The translations under genes were made by a program, and so were the position numbers. From a virus (taxonomy: Duplodnaviria; Caudoviricetes), in IMG/VR virus record IMGVR_UViG_3300020045_002243, positions 1 to 25,550 of that record: a stretch of DNA of 25,550 nucleotides; one strand, written 5' to 3'. Each line of letters starts with the position of its first letter. Positions within the stretch are counted from its first letter, which is position 1. Under the pieces are notes generated by a model that had not been told where the DNA came from, searched no databases, and saw only the letters and a list, made by a program, of their open reading frames with translations. Positions 7,051-15,680 of this stretch are shown here, piece by piece.

Positions 7051-7052
7051 AT

Positions 7053-7060
7053 TATCTTTG
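7053..7060 (+). promoter_or_regulatory. -7 element of a host-type promoter for the tRNA-like element and sigma gene
   Basis: TATCTTTG matches TAnnTTTG, 15 nt before the tRNA-like 5' end; no well-spaced -33 element. Confidence 0.5.
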
Positions 7061-7075
7061 AATTAATGATATATC

Positions 7076-7148
7076 GGGTAAGTAGCTCAGATGGTAGAGC
7101 AAAACCGTAAAGTCGCTTGCGTCATAGGTTCGAATCCTATCTTATCCA
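7076..7148 (+). tRNA. tRNA-like element / pseudo-tRNA, anticodon arm disrupted, identity undetermined
   Basis: Acceptor GGGTAAG/CTTATCC+A; D arm GCTC-AGATGGTA-GAGC; T arm ATAGG-TTCGAAT-CCTAT; anticodon arm AAACC-GTAAAGT-CGCTT pairs only 3/5; no encoded CCA after the discriminator. Confidence 0.75.
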
Positions 7149-7161
7149 CAAAATAAAATTT

Positions 7162-7698
7162 ATGATTGAATTATTAGCTAAAAACGATAAGCAGTGGAGA
7201 AAAATGGCATTTAATATATGCAAGGACACTTCGACTGCTGATGATTTAGTTAATGACATGTATTTAAGGCTATATGATTGTAAGAAAGATATAAACGAAT
7301 GGTATGTTTATAGAGTATTAAATAGTATTTTTATAGACCAAAAAAGACAAAGTAAAAGATTTGTTACTGTAGATATATCAGATTATCAAATTGCAGATAC
7401 ATATACTGAAATTGATTTAGATGAACACAATGATTTTGAAGCTACTAAAAGTGTATTTTGTAAATTAAAGAAATACGAACAGATAATAATTAAACATTCT
7501 TTTGAGGATGGACTAAGAAAGTTTTCAAGGGATAGCGATATTTCTATTTCAACAGTTCAAAAGATAAGAAATAAATGTAAAAATTTAGCATGGGAAGAAA
7601 AAAGAAAATTACAGGAATCGGGGATGTCATTGCAACCGTTACAAGTGCAATTGGGATTACCCCTTGCGAAAGTTGTGATAAGAGAAAGGATATTTTAA
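7162..7698 (+). CDS. ECF-type RNA polymerase sigma factor (probable late-gene sigma)
   Basis: Region 2: ADDLVNDMYLRL..WYVYRVLNSIFID; region 4 HTH: GLRKFSRDSDISISTVQ. ATG 7162 chosen because the TTG at 7117 lies inside the tRNA-like element. Confidence 0.85.
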   Translation: MIELLAKNDKQWRKMAFNICKDTSTADDLVNDMYLRLYDCKKDINEWYVYRVLNSIFIDQKRQSKRFVTVDISDYQIADTYTEIDLDEHNDFEATKSVFCKLKKYEQIIIKHSFEDGLRKFSRDSDISISTVQKIRNKCKNLAWEEKRKLQESGMSLQPLQVQLGLPLAKVVIRERIF

Positions 7699-7922
7699 AT
7701 GTATCATTTCCATTTCAAAGAGCCAAATCAATGAGTGTTGAACAAAAGATATGGTTTAAAGATTACTTAGAAAGAAAATCTAATGTTTTAGTAAATCAAG
7801 ATAGATGGGTAATTGGTGAAATGTATAACGATTGTTTCCAAACTGACGTAAAACTTTGTTCAACTTGTGCAGGTTTGTATGTTGCAATAATTAAGAAGTT
7901 AACTAAATTGTATGAGTTATGA
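7590..7922 (+). CDS. Cys-rich hypothetical protein (CxxC..CxxC), overlapping the sigma 3' end
   Basis: GIGDVIA..CESCDKRK..CSTC; 109-nt overlap. Confidence 0.75.
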   Translation: MGRKKKITGIGDVIATVTSAIGITPCESCDKRKDILNVSFPFQRAKSMSVEQKIWFKDYLERKSNVLVNQDRWVIGEMYNDCFQTDVKLCSTCAGLYVAIIKKLTKLYEL

Positions 7923-8095
7923 GAGCAATAATATATTTTGAAGGAAAAGAAGTTGATTTATTTGAATTTGAAGATATGGTTTACGACGATGAAAGCGAAG
8001 TTAATCTTTATATTTTTAGGAGTAAACAAGGTATAGCTGCTATAGTCCCTAAAACATATATGATAGTTATTAAAGAAAAAATAAAAGATGTTTAA
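7919..8095 (+). CDS. Hypothetical protein (58 aa)
   Basis: Manual translation MRAIIYFEGKEVDLFEFED..KIKDV*; ATGA coupling. Confidence 0.6.
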   Translation: MRAIIYFEGKEVDLFEFEDMVYDDESEVNLYIFRSKQGIAAIVPKTYMIVIKEKIKDV

Positions 8096-8158
8096 TATTT
8101 ATGGAATGATAGATTATTGGAAATTAATTGTAAAACTGAATATTCACAATTTTTTCAG

Positions 8159-8452
8159 ATGGAAGAACAAAAAGAAGTAAAGAAGCAAAATGGAGGCGCT
8201 AGAGCAGGCGCAGGACGAAAAACAAAGGCAGAAGAAGATAATGTTACATTAGTTTTTTTAAGCGCCTTAAAAGAGGTTTATAGAGCCGATACTGATTTCG
8301 ATGCTAAAGTAGGTTTTACTAAAGATTTATTAGATTCTCAAAGAGGACAGATTTTTGTAGCTGAACATATATTTGGTAAACCTAAAGAAACAGTGGACCA
8401 AAATGTTAATATTAATAATTTTGAGTTGAAAGATATTTTAAAATTCAAATAA
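8159..8452 (+). CDS. terS: Terminase small subunit (putative)
   Basis: GGARAGAGRK N-terminus and FGKPKETVD C-terminus; immediately upstream of TerL. Confidence 0.7.
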   Translation: MEEQKEVKKQNGGARAGAGRKTKAEEDNVTLVFLSALKEVYRADTDFDAKVGFTKDLLDSQRGQIFVAEHIFGKPKETVDQNVNINNFELKDILKFK

Positions 8453-8531
8453 CTATGGGAGATAGGGTAAAGATAATAGGTTTAATAATTTCTTTTATTG
8501 CTTGTGTATTAAGTTGGTATTCTGTTTATTT

Positions 8532-9737
8532 ATGTCTATAACACTAAATAAAAAATACGATTCACTATTTAAGAATGATACACGTTTCTTTATAATTACA
8601 GGGGGTCGTGGTTCTTCTAAATCGTTCGGGGTTGGCACATTTGCCAGCCTTTTGTCGTTTGAATCAGGGCATAAAATATTGTTTACACGTAAAACAATGA
8701 CATCCGCACATCTTTCTATTATTCCAGAGTTTCAGGAGAAAATAGATTTAATGGAGCTTAACGATTCATTTCAAGTTAATAAACAAGAGATAGTTAATAA
8801 GCGTTCAAATAGTGAGATTATATTCAGAGGTTTACAGACTTCAAGTGGAAGCAATACTGCAAATTTAAAGTCATTACAAGGCGTTACTACTTGGATATTA
8901 GACGAAGCAGAAGAAGAGCAAAGCGAAACTAATTTCGATAAGATAAACCTATCTATTAGAACTAAAGGTAAACAAAATAGGGTAATACTTATTCTTAATC
9001 CAGCGACAAAAGAACATTGGATTTATAAACGATTCTTTGAAAGCGCAGGAGTTGAGACTGGATTTAATGGAGTTAAAGGAAACGTTACTTACATTCATAC
9101 AACTTACTTGGATAACATCGAAAACTTAGATGAATCATTCTTAGAAGAAGTTGAAAGAGTTAAAGAAAGTAATCCTAAAAAATACAATCATGTTATTTTA
9201 GGTGGTTGGCTAGATAAAGCTGAAGGAGTTGTTTATACTAATTGGAAAATAGCACCGTTTTTTTATAATGATTATAATTACTTTGGTCAGGATTATGGTT
9301 TTACTGTAGACCCCACAACATTAATTGAAACTTGTATTGATAAAACAACTAAAACAATTTGGGTTAAGCAACATGTTTATAAAACTAAATTAACTACACA
9401 AGAAATAGCTATTGAGAATAATAGGTATGCAGGAAATAAATTGATAATTGCTGATAGTGCCGAACCTCGTTTAATATCTGAACTTAAAAGCAAAGGGAAT
9501 AATATTAAAGGAATAGATAAACCAAAGATTGCAGAGCGTGTAAGGTTGTTACAAGATTGGACTATTATTGTAGACCCAGATTCAAAGGATATAATAAAAG
9601 AACTTAATAATTACGCTTGGAGTAACAAGGCAGGAGAAGTTCCAAATGATGATTTTAATCACACCTTAGACCCATTAGGGTACATTCTTTGGGATGTTAT
9701 AGGCAAACCAAATAAAGGCAAATACATAATCGGATAA
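8532..9737 (+). CDS. terL: Terminase large subunit, PBSX/SPP1-like
   Basis: GGRGSSKS Walker A, WILDEAEE Walker B, LNP coupling motif, GQDYGF..DP, ADSAEP and NHTLD nuclease motifs. Confidence 0.95.
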   Translation: MSITLNKKYDSLFKNDTRFFIITGGRGSSKSFGVGTFASLLSFESGHKILFTRKTMTSAHLSIIPEFQEKIDLMELNDSFQVNKQEIVNKRSNSEIIFRGLQTSSGSNTANLKSLQGVTTWILDEAEEEQSETNFDKINLSIRTKGKQNRVILILNPATKEHWIYKRFFESAGVETGFNGVKGNVTYIHTTYLDNIENLDESFLEEVERVKESNPKKYNHVILGGWLDKAEGVVYTNWKIAPFFYNDYNYFGQDYGFTVDPTTLIETCIDKTTKTIWVKQHVYKTKLTTQEIAIENNRYAGNKLIIADSAEPRLISELKSKGNNIKGIDKPKIAERVRLLQDWTIIVDPDSKDIIKELNNYAWSNKAGEVPNDDFNHTLDPLGYILWDVIGKPNKGKYIIG

Positions 9738-9755
9738 ATACGTTATATAATTATG
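9720..9755 (+). promoter_or_regulatory. Putative phage-sigma late promoter 1
   Basis: AAATACA (9720-9726) N13 ACGTT (9740-9744) N8 ATG (9753). Confidence 0.75.
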
Positions 9756-10421
9756 AAAGTTACAATTCCAGAAACATTAAACGAAATAACTTTAGACCAG
9801 TTCTTGAAGTTTCAAAAAGTAATCAAAGCAGAAGATATTACAGAAGATATTTTATGTTTAGCAATGGTTACAATATTCTGTAGATTGACAGTTGAACAAG
9901 CTAGAAACATAGAAGCAAAAGATTATAACGCTATTGTATTGCAATTAACAGAGGTTTTAAAACAAGAACCTAAATTTATTCAGCGTTTTACTTTAGAAGG
10001 AATGGAGTTTGGTTTTATTCCTAACTTAGATAATATTACGGCAGGTGAGTACATAGATTTAGATACTTATTTAAAAGACGAAGATACGCATTTAACCGCT
10101 ATGTCTATTTTATACCGTCCCATTGTTTCAAGCATAAAAGAAGATTATAAAATAGAGCCTTACGAAAGTTCAAATAAGTATAAAGATGTAATGCAGTTCA
10201 TGCCTTTAGATGTTTATTTAGGTTCACTGGTTTTTTTTTACAATTTAAGCAACGAATTATTGATAGCTACGAAACTTTATTTTCAACAGTCGAAACAGGC
10301 GGAGGAGTTAAATCAGGCTTTGGAGATAAATGGGGTTGGTATCAATCAATTTATACAGTTACTGGAGGATGCTTGTTTGACTTTGAAAGAGCAACTGAAA
10401 CAGAATTACATGAATTTTTAA
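9753..10421 (+). CDS. Tail assembly chaperone (gpG-like), unshifted product
   Basis: FGFIPNLDNITAGEYIDLD..LYRP motif; contains the GTT TTT TTT TAC slippery site. Confidence 0.7.
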   Translation: MKVTIPETLNEITLDQFLKFQKVIKAEDITEDILCLAMVTIFCRLTVEQARNIEAKDYNAIVLQLTEVLKQEPKFIQRFTLEGMEFGFIPNLDNITAGEYIDLDTYLKDEDTHLTAMSILYRPIVSSIKEDYKIEPYESSNKYKDVMQFMPLDVYLGSLVFFYNLSNELLIATKLYFQQSKQAEELNQALEINGVGINQFIQLLEDACLTLKEQLKQNYMNF

Positions 10422-10486
10422 CCTTCTTAGAATTTAAAGTAGATTTAGCAAACGAAGAAAATAAACAATTAAAAGCAAATGAATAA
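10230..10486 (+). CDS. -1 frameshift extension (gpT-like) of the tail chaperone
   Basis: T9 run at 10231-10239; -1 frame open for 82 codons (LQFKQRIIDSYETLF..FGDKWGWYQSIY..LHEFLTFLEFKVD..NE*) with no ATG of its own. Confidence 0.7.
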
Positions 10487-10649
10487 TAGTCAATTAAAAT
10501 TAGGTTATATATTAGTTTTAATATTAATATATATTGGTAGTCATTTAAAAATAGACGAAATACAGTATTACTTTATTTTTATAATTAGAATATTTTTTCT
10601 GTTTTATATTTCAAACGAAATACAAAAATACTTTAAAGGAAATGAGTAA
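10479..10649 (+). CDS. Small membrane protein (56 aa)
   Basis: MNNSQLKLGYILVLILIYIGSHL..YYFIFIIRIFFLFYIS..; two hydrophobic segments. Confidence 0.55.
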   Translation: MNNSQLKLGYILVLILIYIGSHLKIDEIQYYFIFIIRIFFLFYISNEIQKYFKGNE

Positions 10650-10806
10650 GTATAAAATATATAGAATATTTAAGGGTGGTAATTGGTATAAATATAAGTA
10701 CATTTATACAGGACATAATCACACTTTAAATCAAGATTTTATTTGGAGTCAAAAACCTTTGTTTATTAATAACTATGAATTAATAATATGCGAAAATTAT
10801 GAATAG
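10642..10806 (+). CDS. Hypothetical protein (54 aa)
   Basis: MSKYKIYRIFKGGNWYKY..CENYE*; 8-nt overlaps on both sides. Confidence 0.55.
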   Translation: MSKYKIYRIFKGGNWYKYKYIYTGHNHTLNQDFIWSQKPLFINNYELIICENYE

Positions 10807-11251
10807 TTTCTACACTGTTATCGAATATTTAAAAGACTTCTTATTACAGGATATTGATGTTAATACGTGTACACATGGAGACGTTAACGATGTTGATATA
10901 GACAAGAAAAATATATTTCCATTGGCTCATATTCTAGTAACGGGAATGAGTTTTACAGAAGGTATGATAGCTTATAATTTTACTATTCATATATTAGACC
11001 AAAGAAACATATCTAAAGTAAAAGCGAATGATAAATGGTTGGGAAATGATAACGAGTTAGACAATTTAAATACTTGTGGCGTAGTTGTTAATCGTTTAGT
11101 TTCTAATTTAAAAAGGCAACACAATGATTTTGATATTGAACTATTAAACGAACCTTCACCCGTTCCGATTACGTATCAATTTACAAATATTTTAGACGGT
11201 TGGCAAGTTGATATTCAATTAGGAATTTCAAATAACATTGAAGTATGTTAG
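10799..11251 (+). CDS. Tail completion/terminator-like protein
   Basis: 150 aa; IFPLAHI..GW pattern; tail module context. Confidence 0.6.
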   Translation: MNSFYTVIEYLKDFLLQDIDVNTCTHGDVNDVDIDKKNIFPLAHILVTGMSFTEGMIAYNFTIHILDQRNISKVKANDKWLGNDNELDNLNTCGVVVNRLVSNLKRQHNDFDIELLNEPSPVPITYQFTNILDGWQVDIQLGISNNIEVC

Positions 11252-11772
11252 ACAGACAATCGACAAACGAAACATTACAAGCGTTTTCTAAATATGTTAT
11301 TCAACAATCAAGAACTAACTTAACTAAAAGCGATAAAAACGTTTCTAAAGACTTATATAATAGTTTAAGTAGTGATGTTGTTGTAAGTAAAAATAGTTTT
11401 GGATTGTCATTTAAAATGGCTGATTACGGTAAGTTTCAAGACTTAGGAGTTAAAGGTAAAACATCTAGTTCAAAAGCACCTGATAGTCCTTATCAATTTG
11501 GAAGTGGCACTGGTAAAAAAGGAGGATTAACAAAAGGAATTAATCAATGGGTAAGAGCTAGGGGATTCCAATTTAAAGACAGAAAGACAGGAAAGTTTTT
11601 ATCTTATGATTCTACAGCTTTTTTAATTACAAGGTCAGTTTACAACAAAGGAATGAAAGCAACTAAATTCTTTTCACGTCCTTTTGATTTAGGATTTGAA
11701 AGATTACCAGATGATATAATTGAATCGTACGGACTGGATGTTGAAAGGTTTTTAAAAAATACATTAAAATAA
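11245..11772 (+). CDS. HK97 gp10-like neck/tail protein
   Basis: LYNSL..YGKFQDLGVKG..GMKATKFFSRP, basic protein. Confidence 0.65.
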   Translation: MLDRQSTNETLQAFSKYVIQQSRTNLTKSDKNVSKDLYNSLSSDVVVSKNSFGLSFKMADYGKFQDLGVKGKTSSSKAPDSPYQFGSGTGKKGGLTKGINQWVRARGFQFKDRKTGKFLSYDSTAFLITRSVYNKGMKATKFFSRPFDLGFERLPDDIIESYGLDVERFLKNTLK

Positions 11773-11773
11773 T

Positions 11774-13216
11774 ATGGCATTTAATTTAGATTTAAAGTTT
11801 GTAGCACAGCCAACCGATGGAGATGGTCTTTTTGATTTAAGGGTAATTGTATTAAATAAAGGCTATTACGATATACATGACTTTATATTTAAAAACACGC
11901 CTTTAGTAAATACCACAGATATAACTTATATTCAGATAGGAATTGATTTTTTAGAAACTTGTGATAATTTATTTACTGAACTTCAATTAAGATATACTGG
12001 GTATTCTTATATATCTGTTTCAAAAAATATAGACGAAATAACTATCAGTTTAAACCCTACGCCTGATTATACGGGTAATGCTATTGCAAGCGTAATAGAT
12101 TACAATATTTATACTGTATTTCTTGAGCTTTCTGAAACTCCAATACCAGTAACCCCTTCTGTAATTAATGTATTATCTCGTTCACCATATTTTGTTACTG
12201 AATTACCAGAAATTGAATACGACGAAATAAGAGCAGACTTATATATTTACAGAGGTGACAGGATCTCGGATAGACCTATGTCACCTACTTATTCCGTATC
12301 TAAAAAAACTATAATAGCTCTACAACCAGCAATATCTTTTGATATTCACAAGATAGTTAATGACTATGTTAAGAACAATTACAATTCAACATTAGGAACT
12401 GTAGCGAATACAACGTCTACTTTAGATACTGTTTGGTGTTTTTTTGACGCTGGTATATATGCTAATGATGTTTTAGCTTATAACGTACAGCAACAATTAC
12501 TTATTTTAGATGGTTTCGGTTATACTACTGAGTTAGCCAATCCTTCTTTAAATAAAAAAGTATTAAGCAGTATTAATTCACACGTTATCTATACGGGTGG
12601 AGATTATCCTTTATATTTTATAACCAAAGATTTAACAAGTATTGTTATTAATGGCACAAACGTTCCTTTTACTTTTAATCAAGACTTTAATAGCCAAAAC
12701 ATAGGTTATGTTAACGTATCTAATTATATAGGCGTATCGACTTCATTTAATGCAGTATTTACATATACTACTGAAACTGTAATACATTCATTTACTATTA
12801 AAGATGAGTGCAGATTCACTACAATAAATTGTATATTTAAAAACAAGTACGGATTTTGGCAGACAATACCATTCAATAAGTTAAGCAAAAAAAGTATTGA
12901 TTTTGAAAGCCAAGACTATAGCGGTTTAATTGCTAATTTTGGCAGTTATGATATGTCACAACACGAAAAGAAAACATTTCTTTTAAACGGAAAAGAAAAG
13001 ATAACGGTTAATACTGATTTCATAAACGAAAGTTATAATACTCTATTTGTTGAATTAATGTTAAGCGAATTTGTTTATTTAGAAGAAAGCGGAAACGTAT
13101 TGCCTGTAAATTTATTGAAGAAATCATTTGAAAAGAAAACAAAATTAAATAATAAATTGATTCAGTACTCAATGGATTTCGAATACAGCTTTAAATTAAT
13201 GAATACTATTTTATAA
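11774..13216 (+). CDS. Virion tail structural protein (480 aa)
   Basis: SRSPYF..FKNKYGFWQ..LMLSEFVYL; context. Confidence 0.65.
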   Translation: MAFNLDLKFVAQPTDGDGLFDLRVIVLNKGYYDIHDFIFKNTPLVNTTDITYIQIGIDFLETCDNLFTELQLRYTGYSYISVSKNIDEITISLNPTPDYTGNAIASVIDYNIYTVFLELSETPIPVTPSVINVLSRSPYFVTELPEIEYDEIRADLYIYRGDRISDRPMSPTYSVSKKTIIALQPAISFDIHKIVNDYVKNNYNSTLGTVANTTSTLDTVWCFFDAGIYANDVLAYNVQQQLLILDGFGYTTELANPSLNKKVLSSINSHVIYTGGDYPLYFITKDLTSIVINGTNVPFTFNQDFNSQNIGYVNVSNYIGVSTSFNAVFTYTTETVIHSFTIKDECRFTTINCIFKNKYGFWQTIPFNKLSKKSIDFESQDYSGLIANFGSYDMSQHEKKTFLLNGKEKITVNTDFINESYNTLFVELMLSEFVYLEESGNVLPVNLLKKSFEKKTKLNNKLIQYSMDFEYSFKLMNTIL

Positions 13217-15537
13217 TGGATGTAGCTGTTTATATTAAAGGGCAAAGATTAGATTTGTTTCAAGATGAAAGTATTGAAATGAATTTAAATGCTAAAAATA
13301 TTTCTGATATATCAAAGATATTCTCTGATTTCACACAAGGCTTTACAATTCCTGCAAGTCCTAATAATAATAAAATATTTGAATATTGGTATGATGCAAC
13401 AGTAGATGGAACTTACAATGCAAATTTAAGAGTTGATTCTTTAATTGAAGTTAATACATTGCCTTATAAGTATGGTTCAATACAAATGGATGGTGCAAAG
13501 TTAAAGGATGGTTTGCCTTATTCTTATTCAATAACTTTCTTTGGTAATGCTGTTAATTTATCAGATTTATTCGGGGATTTAGAATTGAAAGATTTAGATC
13601 TATCTGCGTACGACCATGTTTATAATAAAACAGTTGTTTCTAATGCTATGCATATGGACTCAATTGCTTCAGGGGATGTTTATTATCCTTTAATTAACGC
13701 AATGAAAGAGGTTAGCATCGGAAACGGTGGATTAACTGATTTACTAAATCCTGCCAATGCAATATCTTACAGAGATTATAAGCCTGCATTAAGATTAATT
13801 AGAATTATAGAGGCTATTGAGACTAAATTTGGCGTTGTTTTTACACGTGACTTTTTGGGTAGAGCAAGTTTTTATAATGCTTTTATGTGGTTAAGTAGAG
13901 AATCAGGGCAAATAAAAGCATTTGGAGAAAAAGTTTTAGTTGATTTAGCAAATCAAAGTGGCGAAGGATTTACTTTTAACGGTACTTCAGACACTATTGC
14001 CTATTTAGGAAGTCAAACAAGGATTTCAAGAAGGGTTAGAATAATGGTTAAGCCACAACCAGGTTATGAAACCATAGGCTTTAAAGTATCGGTTTATAAT
14101 AACGGTGATTTATTTACTGAAGTTGAAGGAGTTGGGAATGCGGAAGCAATTATTGAATCCGATGGGAATATGTCTTTACAATTTAAAGTACAAAGCACTA
14201 GTGATTTTCAATTTACAACTACAGTTACTGTAATTAAAAGGCAAACGTATTTATTAGCTCCTACAACAAACACAGGATTTTCACAAAATACTCCAATTCA
14301 ATCGATAACAAGCGAAGTTATTATTTCAGACCAATTACCTGTGTTAAAAATAAAAGATTTCTTTGCTTCACTTATTAATCAGTTTAATTTAATTATTAAG
14401 CCAGAGAACGGAAATACATTTTACATTGACACTTTAGATAATTGGTATTTAAAAGGAGATACTTTTGACATTACAAAATTAGTTGATATAAAAGATATTG
14501 GGGTTAAAAGACCTGATGTTAAAAAACAAATTGATTTTAAATATCAAAAGACAGGTGCTATTTTAGGACAACAATATGAAATAAATAACTCAATAGGTTA
14601 TGGGGATTTAAAAGCTAAATTTGATATATCGGGAAGTGATTTAAAAATTGAGAGTCAGTTTGAAAATATGCTTTTTGAAAGATTGCCAAACGAAACAACA
14701 GGCGAATTAACCGATATTCAAGTAGGGCACTCAATAGATAAAGAATTAAAACCATACAACGGAAAACCTTTTATATTTTATAAAAATGGCTGGGCGTATT
14801 CTGATGTTAATCTATACATGCAGCCTGCAATTACTTTAACAAAAGTATTTCATACTGCTACAGAGAACAACTTAAAATTCGACCAAGTTTCAAATAGCCT
14901 TAACTTTGGTAGTGATAATAGCTCATTCTTTCAAGCGCCTATAGAAAGTAGTTTATATTTTAATTGGTGGAAAAATTACATTGCAGATTTATACAATAGA
15001 AAAACAAGGGTCTTAACTTTAAAATGTGTACTTCCTATTTCAATATTATATAAATTAACTCTTAATGATTTGTTTATTATTGGAGACATGAAATATAAAA
15101 TTTCAACAGCTAAAGTAGATTTAACAACTGGTAAAAGTGACATTGAAATATTTACAGATTATTCTTTGCCTGCTGATAATGTTTCGAATTTAATTCCATT
15201 AACAGTAGACAATACTTTTATAACGGTAGACAATACAAATATAACAGTTGATGCAGTATACTCAAATCCTCCTACAGTAGTATTTTTAAATAACGGAATA
15301 AGTCCGACCAATTATGATTCAACACGTGCTCAGGAAATATTTGAAATAAAAGTTTCGGCTAATGCTGAGTGGACAGCGGTTCCAGAATTTTCTTGGATTA
15401 CTTTAGATAAAACATCTGGATTTAAAACGGATTATATCAGAGTTACATTAGCTGAAAATACCGTATTCTTTAGAAGTGGAACAATAACAATAACGATAAA
15501 TGCTGAAATATTTGTCTTAACAATTACGCAAGAATGA
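13216..15537 (+). CDS. Tail tip/hub protein with a C-terminal BACON-like Ig domain
   Basis: N-terminal LDLF..FTQGFTIPASPNNNKIF; C-terminal VSANAEWTA..SWITL..SG..V..AEN..RSGTITI..LTITQ. Confidence 0.75.
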   Translation: MDVAVYIKGQRLDLFQDESIEMNLNAKNISDISKIFSDFTQGFTIPASPNNNKIFEYWYDATVDGTYNANLRVDSLIEVNTLPYKYGSIQMDGAKLKDGLPYSYSITFFGNAVNLSDLFGDLELKDLDLSAYDHVYNKTVVSNAMHMDSIASGDVYYPLINAMKEVSIGNGGLTDLLNPANAISYRDYKPALRLIRIIEAIETKFGVVFTRDFLGRASFYNAFMWLSRESGQIKAFGEKVLVDLANQSGEGFTFNGTSDTIAYLGSQTRISRRVRIMVKPQPGYETIGFKVSVYNNGDLFTEVEGVGNAEAIIESDGNMSLQFKVQSTSDFQFTTTVTVIKRQTYLLAPTTNTGFSQNTPIQSITSEVIISDQLPVLKIKDFFASLINQFNLIIKPENGNTFYIDTLDNWYLKGDTFDITKLVDIKDIGVKRPDVKKQIDFKYQKTGAILGQQYEINNSIGYGDLKAKFDISGSDLKIESQFENMLFERLPNETTGELTDIQVGHSIDKELKPYNGKPFIFYKNGWAYSDVNLYMQPAITLTKVFHTATENNLKFDQVSNSLNFGSDNSSFFQAPIESSLYFNWWKNYIADLYNRKTRVLTLKCVLPISILYKLTLNDLFIIGDMKYKISTAKVDLTTGKSDIEIFTDYSLPADNVSNLIPLTVDNTFITVDNTNITVDAVYSNPPTVVFLNNGISPTNYDSTRAQEIFEIKVSANAEWTAVPEFSWITLDKTSGFKTDYIRVTLAENTVFFRSGTITITINAEIFVLTITQE

Positions 15538-15680
15538 TAAGGTTAATTATTAATTTATTACAGTCAAACGATTGGATAAATTCAGGAGAAAATATAGAGA
15601 TTGCAAAAGGAAAATACGAATTAGTTTCAACAATTAAAGACGGTAAACGTAAAATAAAAAGAGCATGGTTGAAAAAATAG
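15534..15680 (+). CDS. Small hypothetical protein (48 aa)
   Basis: MIRLIINLLQSNDW..NIEIAKGKYE..WLKK*; overlaps both neighbours. Confidence 0.6.
   Translation: MIRLIINLLQSNDWINSGENIEIAKGKYELVSTIKDGKRKIKRAWLKK

Noticed and set aside
7076-7148. Assignment as a functional tRNA-Phe(AAA) or tRNA-Tyr(GTA)
   Set aside because: The anticodon stem does not pair properly in either register, so no identity can be supported.
7117-7161. Upstream non-ATG start extensions in the track (7117, also 3520, 8117, 8502, 18509)
   Set aside because: They overlap the tRNA-like element, other ORFs, terminators or promoters; downstream ATGs (7162, 3559, 8159, 8532, 18554) fit better.
8368-8423. Additional TAnnTTTG matches inside coding regions (8368, 8416)
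   Set aside because: Expected by chance in such AT-rich DNA; only intergenic matches were kept.
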